Shown here: piece by piece, positions 28,351 to 37,850 of the stretch
Layout: every line of letters begins with the position of its first letter
How positions within the stretch are numbered: position 1 is the stretch's first letter
Source: Sphaerobacteraceae bacterium
GTDB taxonomy: Bacteria; Chloroflexota; Chloroflexia; Thermomicrobiales; UBA6265
Reading direction: 5' to 3'
Assembly: GCA_016781925.1 (NCBI GenBank)
Contig: JADDPH010000051.1
Span: forward strand, 6,749 to 70,748
DNA length: 64,000 nt
Translations under genes and position numbers: made by a program
The notes under the pieces: model-generated
Seen by the model: the letters and a program-made list of their open reading frames with translations, nothing else
Databases searched by the model: none
Told to the model about the DNA's origin: nothing

Positions 28351-30132
28351 TCAAGACGCCGGGGACCTGGGGGCCGATGCGCTGACCGTGTCGGGCTCGC
28401 CGGTCGCCGGGGCCTCGTCGTTGAGCCGGGCGAGCAGCCCGTCCAGCTCTTCGTCGTCCAGCTTGCGAAAGAGGGGCTCGGGCTGGGGCAACGTGCGGCC
28501 CGCCGGGAGCGCCACCGGTTCCCAGGGTAGCGAAGCAACCTCGCCTGTATCGCCGAGGTAGCCGTGCAGGCGCTGGGCGGAAAATGGGAGGAACGGGGCT
28601 GTCAGGACCCGCAGGCTGCTGACAACCTGGAGCGCCACCCAGAGCCCCGTGCGAGCCCGGTCGGGGTCGGTCTTGAGCGTCTTCCAGGGCTCGGTTTCGT
28701 CCAGGTAGCGATTCAAGGCGCGCGCGAGGTCGAGGACCTGCCCCAACCCATCACGCAGCTTGACCGCTTCCAGGCGGTCGGCCGCGGCGCGGAAGGTCGT
28801 GCTGATCTGATCCAACATCGCCTGGTCCCGCTCGTCGAGGGGACCGGGTTCCGGCACGACCCCGTCCAGGCGGCTCTGCAGGAAGCGGAGGAGGCGGTGG
28901 ACGGCGTTGCCGTAGGTGGCGACCAGTTCGTCGTTGTTGCGGCGCTGGAATTCGTCCCAGGAGAAATCCGTGTCGCGCGTCTCGGGCGCGTTAACGGTAA
29001 GGAAGAAGCGGAGAGCATCGGGGTCGAAAAGGTCGAGGAACTCGTGCAGCCAGGGCAGGCGCTCGGTGGTGTGGGACCGGCTTGACGAGATCTTCTGACC
29101 GCGAAGCGTGACGAACTCGTTGGCGGGCACGTCGTAGGGCAGGGTCAGGCCGCCGTAGCCCATCAGCATCGCCGGCCAGATGATGGCGTGGAACGGAATG
29201 TTGTCCTTGCCGATGAAGTAGTACGCCCGAGCCGGGGGAGTTCCGTCCGGTTGCAGGGTCCACCAGCGCTTCCAGGCGTCCGGCGTTCCCTGCAACTCCG
29301 CCCACTCGATCGCCGCGGAGAGGTAGCCGATCACCGCGTCGAACCAGACGTAGATGCGCTTGTCCTCATAGCCCGGCACCGGAATGGGGACGCCCCAGTC
29401 GATGTCGCGGGTGATTGCCCGAGGCTTCAGACCTTCTCGGATCCAGTTTTCCGTGAAGGCGGCGACGTTGGGCCGCCAGTGCTCCTTGCTAGCATCGATC
29501 CAGGCCAGCAAGGGCTCGGTGAACTTGGGCAGGTCCAGGAAAAAGTGGGTCGTATCGCGGGTCTCCGGGGTGGCGCCGGAGAGCTTCGAGCGCGGGTTGA
29601 TCAGATCCACCGGGTCGAGGGTCCGCCCGCAGTTGTCGCATTGGTCCCCGCGCGCGTCCGGGAAGCCGCAGTGGGGACAGGTCCCTTCGATGTAGCGGTC
29701 CGGCAGGAACCGCTTCGCCTCTGGGTCGTAGGCGGCTTCGGTCGTCTCCTCGAACAGATATCCCTGTTCCCGGAGGCGGAGAAAGACGTCCTGGGTGACC
29801 CGGTAATGGTTCGGGGTACCGGTCTCGGTGTAGAGGTCGAAGGAGCAGCCGAGTGCTTCATATGATGCGGCGATGATGCGGTGGTTCTCCTCAGCGATTT
29901 GGCGAGGTGAAACACCACGACGGTCTGCCACCACCGTGATTGGCGTTCCGTGCTCATCGGACCCAGAGACCATCAGGACATCGCTGCCGGCCATGCGATG
30001 ATACCGGGCAAAGATGTCCGACGCGAGATTTGGAACCGCGTGACCCACGTGCCGTGGCCCGCTAGCGTAGGGCCAGGCAACGCCGATAAAGATGCGGTGC
30101 CGGGCTGCTTTGTCCGTCTCAAGCTCGCTCAT
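28351..30132 (-). CDS. metG: Methionyl-tRNA synthetase
   Basis: The sequence starts MSELETDKAARHRIFIGVAWPYASGPRHVGH. It has a zinc knuckle (CPHCGFPDARGDQCDNCG) and a KISSSRS (KMSKS-type) motif. The ATG at 30132 forms an ATGA overlap with the upstream GT2 stop. Confidence 0.93.
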   Translation of the reverse strand: MSELETDKAARHRIFIGVAWPYASGPRHVGHAVPNLASDIFARYHRMAGSDVLMVSGSDEHGTPITVVADRRGVSPRQIAEENHRIIAASYEALGCSFDLYTETGTPNHYRVTQDVFLRLREQGYLFEETTEAAYDPEAKRFLPDRYIEGTCPHCGFPDARGDQCDNCGRTLDPVDLINPRSKLSGATPETRDTTHFFLDLPKFTEPLLAWIDASKEHWRPNVAAFTENWIREGLKPRAITRDIDWGVPIPVPGYEDKRIYVWFDAVIGYLSAAIEWAELQGTPDAWKRWWTLQPDGTPPARAYYFIGKDNIPFHAIIWPAMLMGYGGLTLPYDVPANEFVTLRGQKISSSRSHTTERLPWLHEFLDLFDPDALRFFLTVNAPETRDTDFSWDEFQRRNNDELVATYGNAVHRLLRFLQSRLDGVVPEPGPLDERDQAMLDQISTTFRAAADRLEAVKLRDGLGQVLDLARALNRYLDETEPWKTLKTDPDRARTGLWVALQVVSSLRVLTAPFLPFSAQRLHGYLGDTGEVASLPWEPVALPAGRTLPQPEPLFRKLDDEELDGLLARLNDEAPATGEPDTVSASAPRSPAS

Positions 30133-30974
30133 CGGTAACATCCTCGCCAGTCGTTGATGCGGACCCGAAGCACATCCAGCAGGTTGTGCCAGGTGTCCCG
30201 CACGGGATTGACTTTGCTCTGTTCGCCGTAGGTCCAGACGACCGGGACGGGGCAGATCCGGTAGCCGAGCCGCCGGGCCACCACCAGCATCTCCACGTCG
30301 AAGGCCGTGACGCGGGGGCCGTCGATCGTGTCGCTGGGGTTGGCGTAAAGGCGGCTGCGCCTCAGGATGTGCGTCACGACCTCGCGCCGGAAAAGCTTGA
30401 AACCGCATTGGGTGTCATGGATACCGGGAAGGACCAGAATCCTGACGAGCCAGTTGAACGCGCGTCCCATCACGTGCCGGTAATGGGGCTCGCCCATGCG
30501 TCGTGCGCCCACGCCCTCCCGGGAACCGATGGCGACGTCGCAGCCTCCGCTGACGGTACGACGGAGATCCTCCAGAAACGCGAGCGGTGTCGCCAGGTCC
30601 GCGTCGGAGAAGGCGATCAAATCGCCCCGGGCAGACTGCATTCCGGCGCGTAGGGCCGCGGCCTTCCCCCGGTGGGGGATGGTCAGCAGGTGGAACCAGG
30701 AATGCTCTGCGGCGGCGCGGCCGGCGATCTCCGCCGTTCGATCGGTGCTGCCGTCGTCGACGATGATGACCTCCATCCCCGGTCCGCGATCCCCCACGAA
30801 GGACGCGACGGCGGCGAGGGTCTCAGCGATGCGGTGCTCTTCGTTGAACGCCGGGATGATCAGGCTGAGGTCCGGTTCGTTCTCCCCGGTGGGCGACCCA
30901 CTGCTCGATGCGTCCACCCCGCGGCCTACCCCCGGTTGCCTTTCCTCGCCGCTCCAAGCGGCGGATTGTAGCAC
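30129..30974 (-). CDS. Family-2 glycosyltransferase (polyprenyl-phosphate hexosyltransferase-like)
   Basis: Motifs are LSLIIPAFNEE, VIIVDDGSTDRT and AFSDADLATP (DxD). It has no membrane C-terminal domain. The start is uncertain. Confidence 0.8.
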   Translation of the reverse strand: MLQSAAWSGEERQPGVGRGVDASSSGSPTGENEPDLSLIIPAFNEEHRIAETLAAVASFVGDRGPGMEVIIVDDGSTDRTAEIAGRAAAEHSWFHLLTIPHRGKAAALRAGMQSARGDLIAFSDADLATPLAFLEDLRRTVSGGCDVAIGSREGVGARRMGEPHYRHVMGRAFNWLVRILVLPGIHDTQCGFKLFRREVVTHILRRSRLYANPSDTIDGPRVTAFDVEMLVVARRLGYRICPVPVVWTYGEQSKVNPVRDTWHNLLDVLRVRINDWRGCYR

Positions 30975-31084
30975 GCAGCCGGGAACGCTTCCGTGTACGG
31001 ACGCCCGAGGCCGCTCGTGGCTGCCGCTGGAGCGCGCACCAGAATAGCGCGGCCGCGGCCTCTATCGCTCCATTGCCCCCTGAT

Positions 31085-31972
31085 CTACCCCTTGATCCCG
31101 CCGGCCGTCAGGCCCTGGACAATGTGGCGCTGCACGAAGAGGACCAGCACGATCACCGGTAGGGTGATCAGGGCCGCGGCGGCGCTGATGGCGCCGTAGT
31201 TGATGCTCGAGTAGCCCATGAAGTTGAAGACCGCGACCGGCAGGGTTTTGGTGTTGGTGGAGGTAAGAACCAGCGAGAACATGAAGTTGTTCCAGGAGAA
31301 GATGAACGCCAGGATGGCCGAGGCGACGATCCCGGCCTTGCTCAGCGGGAGGCTGATCCGCCAAAAGGTGCCAAAGACGCTTGTCCCATCGACCCGAGCC
31401 GCCTCCTCCAGTTCCCGCGGCAGGTCCTCGAAGAAGCCGACCATGAGCCAGACGATGATCGGCATCGTGACGATCAGGTGGGAGAGGATCAGCGACGGGT
31501 AGGTGTCGATCATCCGCAGCCGGGAGAAGACGATGTAGAGCGGGACCAGGAAGCTGATCCCGGGCATGATGCGGGCGGTGAGGATGGCGAGGCCGAGGCC
31601 GTTCTGCTTGTAGCGGGCAATGCTGTAGGCCGCAGGCAGGCCGAACAGGAGGCCGAGAAACGTCGAACCGGCCGCAATGATCATGCTGTTAAGGGTGAAG
31701 TCGAGGAACGGATTGCTCGGGTCCTGGAAGAGAGCGCGGTAGTTCTCCAGCGTTGGCGTGAAGGAGAAAAACTTGGGCGGGTAGGACTGCGCGTCGACCA
31801 GCGTTTTGAACGAGTTGATGATCATCCAGTAGAAGACGAAGAGGAACGGGACGAGGATGACCAGCACCAGCAGGTAGAAGAGGATCTGCTTGACGAGATT
31901 GCCCATCCGCCGCCGTGGCTGGGTCGTGGTGGTTGCCGCCGGTCTAGCGGCCGATGCCGTCGCCGCGCTCAT
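31085..31972 (-). CDS. Carbohydrate ABC transporter permease (MalG-like)
   Basis: It has six hydrophobic segments and an EAA-type loop (EEAARVDGTSVFGTFWRISLPL). Its start forms an ATGA overlap with the upstream permease. Confidence 0.88.
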   Translation of the reverse strand: MSAATASAARPAATTTTQPRRRMGNLVKQILFYLLVLVILVPFLFVFYWMIINSFKTLVDAQSYPPKFFSFTPTLENYRALFQDPSNPFLDFTLNSMIIAAGSTFLGLLFGLPAAYSIARYKQNGLGLAILTARIMPGISFLVPLYIVFSRLRMIDTYPSLILSHLIVTMPIIVWLMVGFFEDLPRELEEAARVDGTSVFGTFWRISLPLSKAGIVASAILAFIFSWNNFMFSLVLTSTNTKTLPVAVFNFMGYSSINYGAISAAAALITLPVIVLVLFVQRHIVQGLTAGGIKG

Positions 31973-32937
31973 TCCGCTGCCCTCCGGACACGTAGGAGCA
32001 GGATCGACACGCCCATGACGAGCATGAAGAAGAAGACGAGAATCGACGAGGCGTATCCCAGGTGGTAGTAGTTGAAGGCGTTCTGGAAGGTGTAGATGTT
32101 CAGGGTCTCCGAGCTGTAATCGGCCCCGCCCTGGGTGATCACCTGGATGATGTCGAAGGTCTTCAGGGCATCGATGGCCCGGAAGAGCACGGCGACCACA
32201 ATGGTCGGGCGCAGCATCGGGAGGGTGAGGTCAAACAGGACCCGGGTTGGGCTGGCTCCGTCGATGCGGGCGGCTTCGTATGGCTCCGACGGCAATGACG
32301 AGAGTCCGGCCAGGGTGATGAGCGTGATGAACGGGGTCCATTCCCAGATGTCGACGATGGCGAGGGCGGGAAGCACCCAGCGGGCGTCACTGGTCCAGAG
32401 CACGATCGGCAGGTTGAGTTGCTCGAGGAAGTAGTTCAGCACCCCAAGGTTGGGGTCGAAGATCGTCGCCCAGACAAGCGCAATCGCGACGGGTGTGGCG
32501 ACCATCGGAAAGAGGAAGATTGTCCGGATGAGCCCCTTGCCGAGAAACTCGCGGTTGAAGATGAGCGCGATCGCCACGCCCAGCACGGTCTCGATCGTCA
32601 CCGCCAAAAAGGTGAAGTAGAAGGTGCGCCAGACCGATGGCCAGAAGCGGCTGTCCTGGGTGAGGAAATTGACGTAATTTCGCCACCCGATGAACTTCGG
32701 CGGGTCGAGCGCCGAGAACTCCCACTGCTGCACGCTCATGTAGAGCGTGTAGACCACGGGGAAGAGCATCGTCAGCAGGAGTACGATCACGGCGGGGATC
32801 GGAAAAACCCGATCAGGGCGATGCTCCAGGTAGGTCAGGAACCGGGACCATGGTGACGGTTGGGGCCCGGAGGGGCGTGCTGCCGGAGACAGCACGCCCG
32901 CGCCGGCCGATTCCCGTCGTCGCTCACCCGTCGCCAT
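31969..32937 (-). CDS. Carbohydrate ABC transporter permease (MalF-like)
   Basis: It has an EAA loop (YEAARIDGASPTRVLFDLTLPML) and multiple TM segments. Confidence 0.88.
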   Translation of the reverse strand: MATGERRRESAGAGVLSPAARPSGPQPSPWSRFLTYLEHRPDRVFPIPAVIVLLLTMLFPVVYTLYMSVQQWEFSALDPPKFIGWRNYVNFLTQDSRFWPSVWRTFYFTFLAVTIETVLGVAIALIFNREFLGKGLIRTIFLFPMVATPVAIALVWATIFDPNLGVLNYFLEQLNLPIVLWTSDARWVLPALAIVDIWEWTPFITLITLAGLSSLPSEPYEAARIDGASPTRVLFDLTLPMLRPTIVVAVLFRAIDALKTFDIIQVITQGGADYSSETLNIYTFQNAFNYYHLGYASSILVFFFMLVMGVSILLLRVRRAAE

Positions 32938-32940
32938 GGA

Positions 32941-33864
32941 TTATCCCGACGTCGCGATGATGTTCTTGACGTCGTTGTTTGCCTTCTCGGCCGCAGCTGC
33001 AACGTCCTTGCCCTGGATGGCGGCGATGATCACCGGCCCGATCGCGTCCCTCACTTCCGCGACGGAGACGACCGGTGGGTTGTAGGTGTGCTTGCTCAGC
33101 GCGATGGATTGCTGCTGGACCTGGTCGAACTGCTTGTTGCTCTCCGCGGTGTAGCTGGGATCGGACCAGGTGGAGGTGCGGGCCACCGGGATGCCGCGCT
33201 TGAGCAGCTCCAGCGTCTGCGGCTTGCTGGTCGCCCACTGGATGAAGTACCAGGCGGCCTCCTTGTGCTTCGATTGGGAGGAGATGGAGATGCCCCAGAC
33301 GAAGGAGGCGGGATCCTGAGCGACGGGGCCCTTGGGCAGCACGGCGTAGCCGACCTTGCCGGCCACCTGGGACTTGGACGGATCCTCGACGTTGACCTTG
33401 AAGACCGAGGCGTCGACGAACATCGCCAGCGAGCCCTGCTGGAAGAGGGCGACGTTTTCCGGCCAGGAGTTGTTCTCGGCACCCCGCGGCCCGGAGTTGC
33501 GGGCGAGGTCGCCGTAGTACTTGAAGGCCGCGATCGCCTCCGGCGTCGTCAGGGTCGGGTTCTTGTTCTGATCGAGCCAGTCGCCGCCGAAGCCGTAGAG
33601 GAACGAGCTGAACATCGAGGTGGCCGCGGCGCCCTTGCCGCGGAGGCCGATCCCGGAGAGGCGCTTGTCCGGGGCGTGGAGCGCCTGGGCCGCGGCGGCG
33701 AGGTCGTCAAAGGTGGCCGGCGGCTCGATGCCCTTCTCCTGGAAGAGATCCATCCGGTAGAACAGGATCTCGGACTCAAGCTGGACCGGCATCCCGATCA
33801 GTTGGCCGTTGACGGTTTCGATCTGGATCGTCGCGGGCTGGAAGTCGGCGAAATCGAAAAAGAG
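32941..33864 (-). pseudogene. C-terminal ~2/3 of a family-1 extracellular solute-binding protein (no signal peptide, no N-terminal lobe)
   Basis: Homology begins around LFFDFADFQPATIQIETVNGQLIGMPVQLESEILFYRMDLF and runs to the stop at 32941. The open frame upstream has no start codon and reads non-homologous sequence back into the SDR 3' flank. Confidence 0.7.
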
Positions 33865-33953
33865 CGGGAGCGCAGGGGGCCTGTGACGGCCTGCGAGAAT
33901 CCGGAGCCGAACGGGAAGGGCGCGGGCTGCTGTGGCCGTGAAAGCGCGACGCG

Positions 33954-34649
33954 CTACCCCTTCAGCAGCGATTCGCCGCCGTCGATCCAGATTTCGGTTC
34001 CCGTGATGTGCTCGGCCGCGTCCGAGACGAGGAAGCAGATCAGCTTCGCGACCTGATCGGCCGTGCCGGGCTCGCCGCGCAGGGGATGCCAGCCCTTCGG
34101 GAACTCGACCGGAATCCTCACGTCGTCGAGCCGCCGCGACACAGTCGAGTCGTTGATGCGGGTCTCGATCGCACCCGGGCAGACCACGTTGACGCGGACG
34201 CGATCTCGCGCCAGCTCCAACGCGACCATCTTGGCGAAGGCGACCTGTCCGGCCTTGGAGGCGGAGTAGGCGGTTGCGCCCGTGTTACTGAAGTTTCGGG
34301 TGCCGTTGACCGACGAGGTGACGACGACGGCGCCACCCTGGCGTTTGAGGTGGGGCACGGCGTACTTGACCGTCAGAAAGGTACCGGTCAGGTTCACACG
34401 CAGGGTGCGGTCCCAGTCGGCCGGCTCCAGGTCCTCCAAGGGCGCCCAGACGCCATTGATGCCGGCATTGGCGACCACGATGTCCAGGCGACCCCAGCGC
34501 TCGACGGTCCTCGTGACGGCCTCCTCGACGTGCGCAGCCTCGCTCACGTCGGCTGTCAAGGCAAGGGCCTCGCCCCCGTCGCGTTCGATTGCGGCGACCG
34601 TGTCGTCAAGGCGTGCCGCCGTCTGGCCGAGAGCCGCGACGCACCCCAT
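33954..34649 (-). pseudogene. Short-chain dehydrogenase/reductase fragment lacking the N-terminal TGxxxGxG NAD(P)-binding motif
   Basis: It contains NAG (VVANAGI), the catalytic S...YSASK, and the PG motif (VCPGAIET). It begins at about SDR residue 30 (GCVAALGQTAARLDD...). Its frame is closed by TGA 7 codons upstream of the first Met. Confidence 0.7.
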
Positions 34650-35139
34650 AGAGTTGATCTTCGTAGGTCACCCCTTGGATCGTGCCGGAGAAAAAGGCGA
34701 TACGCTCCTCGGCCGGCAGGAGATCCTCAACGGGCGTGGTCCAACCGGCCGCGGCAAACTCCGGGACAAAGGGGACGTCCATGGAGATGATGTCTGCGGA
34801 CGGGTCCTGAGCCGTGGCGACGGTCACGAACTTGTCGTGAAGATCGGTGGTCGTCGCGCCCTGCTCCTGGTAGCTGATCTTGATGTTGGTGCTTTGGGCG
34901 TTGAACGCGTCCACTTGCTGCTGCGAGAAGCCGGAGGTGTCGCGGGCGTTGAACCAGTTGATCGTCACCGGGCCGGACTGGCGCCTGGCGGCGCGGGCTG
35001 TGGTGCCGGTGCGGGCGAGTACAGTGCCCAGGGCCGACGCTGACAGGCCAAGGGCGGTGGCTCGCCGCAGTATCTGACGCCGGGAATAACGAAGCGTTGC
35101 TGCCTCCCGGATGAGGGTTTCGATTCGTTCGTCGCTCAT
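34642..35139 (-). pseudogene. N-terminal ~1/3 of a family-1 solute-binding protein with a Tat-type signal
   Basis: The signal region is MSDERIETLIREAATLRYSRRQILRRATALGLSASALG. SBP similarity extends to ...IAFFSGTIQGVTYEDQLYGV. After that the frame reads 11 unrelated codons and stops at 34606. Confidence 0.7.
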
Positions 35140-35520
35140 ATGGTGTCCTGCTCGACACGCTTGGAGTTTCAGCGGATCCGGGCCGACCTGCGGACCCGGC
35201 GTGACACTGAGCTCTCGCCTAGCTGGCCGCCCCGGCAACGTCGGCGGGGCGTGGAGCGAACGCTTTTTGGGCCTGTCGGGGCGTACCCCGACGGGTCGAA
35301 CTTCCTCCTCTCTCTACGTCCTCGGGGGACGTGGCACCAACTGAACTGGCATGCTAAGGTCAAAAGCCTACCTTTCGACTCTAATGCTGTCAGCTGGGCG
35401 ATCTGGCAACGTATGACGGTCAGCGCCCCGCGTCGGGCTGGAAGAGCAGCGGCCGCTACGACCGGCACCCACTGGCTCCCCAATTCCGACTTTACGGCTG
35501 TTCCGGTGATGGAGGTGGCA

Positions 35521-36753
35521 ATGCGGAGCTTTCTCACCCATCTCGAATGCACGGCCTGTGGCGCCATCTACCCTGCCGATCGGCTCATCACCGTCTGCCC
35601 GGCCTGCGGCAAGGTGCTCTACGCGCGTTACGACCTTGAGGGCGCGTCCAGGGAGATGACGCCGGAGGCGCTGTCGAAGCGCCCCTGGGATCTCTGGCGG
35701 TACGCCGAGCTGCTGCCGGTGCGAGACCATCGGCACGCGCTCAAACTTGGCGAGGGGGGAACGCCGCTGCTCCCGGCGCCCTCGCTGGCTCGCGACTTTG
35801 GGTTCGACCGGCTGCTAATCAAGGAGGAGAGCCAAAACCCGACCGGCAGCTTCAAGGCGCGCGGCCTCGGCGTGGCGGTCTCCCGGGCAAAGGAGTTGGG
35901 TGCGACCGCCGTGGCAATCCCGTCCGCCGGGAACGCCGCCTCTGCGATGGCGGCATATGCGGCGAAGGGTGGACTTGCCGCCTACGTCTTCATGCCCGCC
36001 GATACGCCTGAGGTGATGAAGGCCGAGTGCCGTGCCTTCGGCGCACGGGTCGTCCTGGTGGACGGCCTTATCAACGACGCGGGCAAGCTGGTACGGGAGG
36101 GAGCGGCCGCATACGGCTGGTTCGACATCTCTACCCTGAAGGAGCCGTACCGGGCCGAGGGAAAGAAGACCATGGGCCTGGAGCTGGCGGAGCAGCTCGG
36201 CTGGCGCGTTCCCGATGCCATCATCTACCCGACCGGCGGGGGGACGGGCATCGTCGGGATGTGGAAGGCGTTTGCCGAACTTGAGGCGATGGGGCTGCTC
36301 GACGGCCGCCGGCCCAAGTTTGTCGTCGTGCAGGCGGAGCACTGCGCACCGATCGTGCGGGCGCTCGCGGAGGGTCAGCGGCATGCGGAGCTGTGGGCCG
36401 ATGCCGCGACGATCGCGCCGGGGATGCGGGTGCCGGTGGCGATTGGCGACTACCTGATGCTTGACGCGGTGCGCCAGAGCGGCGGCACCGCGCTCACGGT
36501 CACGGACGCGGAGATGATGGAGGGTGTCGACCTGGCAGCGACGCGGGAAGGGCTGTTCCTGTCCCCGGAGGCGGGAGCCGCCGTCGTGGCGGCCAGGACC
36601 CTTAGGGCAAGAGGCTTCCTACGGCAGGAGGATGAGGTGGTGGTCTTTTCGACCGGGACCGGCTTGAAGCACACCGATCTGATTGCCGCCGAGTACCCGG
36701 TGGTCGACCCGCGGGCGCCGGATCCGTTATCTGGGATCCTGGCGGCCGACTGA
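35521..36753 (+). CDS. thrC: Threonine synthase
   Basis: The N-terminus is MRSFLTHLECTACGAIYPADRLITVCPACGKVLYARYDL (zinc-ribbon). The PLP lysine motif is TGSFKARG. The ATG at 35521 has GGAGG 5 nt upstream. Confidence 0.9.
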   Translation: MRSFLTHLECTACGAIYPADRLITVCPACGKVLYARYDLEGASREMTPEALSKRPWDLWRYAELLPVRDHRHALKLGEGGTPLLPAPSLARDFGFDRLLIKEESQNPTGSFKARGLGVAVSRAKELGATAVAIPSAGNAASAMAAYAAKGGLAAYVFMPADTPEVMKAECRAFGARVVLVDGLINDAGKLVREGAAAYGWFDISTLKEPYRAEGKKTMGLELAEQLGWRVPDAIIYPTGGGTGIVGMWKAFAELEAMGLLDGRRPKFVVVQAEHCAPIVRALAEGQRHAELWADAATIAPGMRVPVAIGDYLMLDAVRQSGGTALTVTDAEMMEGVDLAATREGLFLSPEAGAAVVAARTLRARGFLRQEDEVVVFSTGTGLKHTDLIAAEYPVVDPRAPDPLSGILAAD

Positions 36754-36900
36754 GGCGACCGGTCGGCTGTTCTCCCGCAACACCATATTGGACTGCGAAC
36801 GTGCCTGGCGGAGCGCCCTCCCGTGTTGCTCTCCCCACCGCCCGGCGGTTGGCCAATCACGTTGTCTCGCGGTTGGGGCGGATGGAGGAGGAAGTCGGGC

Positions 36901-37764
36901 GTGCTTGAGTTCGGGGCGCACATGTCGATCTCCGGCGGCTGTGATCTCGCGATCGGCCGTGCAGCGGCGTTTGGGATGACGGCGTGCCAGATTTTCACCA
37001 AGAACGACCGGCAGTGGGTGGCAAAGCCGCTGGATCCAGAGGTGGTCGAGCGGTTCAAGGAGCAGCAGGAGAGCACTGGGGTGCGCCATCTAGTGGCGCA
37101 CGACTCCTACCTGATCAACCTGGCCTCGCCGGACAATGCGATGTGGGAGAAGTCGCGGGTGGCGTTCCGGGAGGAACTTGACCGCTGCGACCTCCTCGGC
37201 GTTCCATTCCTCGTCACCCACCCGGGAGCCCACGTCGGCAGCGGCGAGGAGGCGGGAATCCGCCGGGTCAGCGAGGGGATCAACCGGATTCACGCCGAGC
37301 GTCCCAACGGCAGCACGACGATCCTGCTGGAAACCACGGCCGGTCAGGGGACGACGCTCGGACGGACCTTTGAAGAACTGGCGGCGATCATCGCGGGGGT
37401 GGAGGACAAGGGGCGCGTGGGCGTCTGCTTTGACACCTGCCACGCCTTCGCGGCCGGTTACGATCTCCGCGACACCGACTCCTACCGGGCGACGATGGAG
37501 GAGTTCGATCGCGTCCTCGGTCTGGAGCTGTTGAAGGCGTTCCACCTCAACGACTCGCGGAAGGGGCTCGGGAGCAGGGTGGACCGCCACACGGCCGTCG
37601 GCGAGGGCGAGTTGGGACTGGAGGCGTTCCGCTCGCTGGTCAACGATCCCCGCTTCAGCGGCCTGCCCGGCATCCTTGAGACCGACAAAGGACCGGACGG
37701 AGAGGAAGACCGCCGCAACCTCGCCACGCTGCGCGGTCTCGTCGAGGTGGCCGCCCCGGTCTAG
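36901..37764 (+). CDS. nfo: Deoxyribonuclease IV (endonuclease IV)
   Basis: The sequence includes LEFGAHMSISGG...CQIFTKNDRQW...LVAHDSYLINLASPD...FLVTHPGAH...ILLETTAGQG...CFDTCHAFAAGYD. The GTG at 36901 has GGAGGAGG upstream. Confidence 0.88.
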   Translation: MLEFGAHMSISGGCDLAIGRAAAFGMTACQIFTKNDRQWVAKPLDPEVVERFKEQQESTGVRHLVAHDSYLINLASPDNAMWEKSRVAFREELDRCDLLGVPFLVTHPGAHVGSGEEAGIRRVSEGINRIHAERPNGSTTILLETTAGQGTTLGRTFEELAAIIAGVEDKGRVGVCFDTCHAFAAGYDLRDTDSYRATMEEFDRVLGLELLKAFHLNDSRKGLGSRVDRHTAVGEGELGLEAFRSLVNDPRFSGLPGILETDKGPDGEEDRRNLATLRGLVEVAAPV

Positions 37765-37850
37765 GCCGCGTGGGCAACCGGACGGAGCACGCGCCGAGGG
37801 AGAGCAAGAATTCGCTCCTCCTCGGCGGTTCTGCCTGGCCGGGCTCGTCG

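Noticed and set aside
35240-35520. Possible riboswitch upstream of thrC, and TGGCAC/TGGCAT strings near 35335-35365
   Set aside because: I recognised no known aptamer signature. The -24/-12 spacing is wrong. The region is more simply the divergent promoter region between the SBP fragment and thrC.
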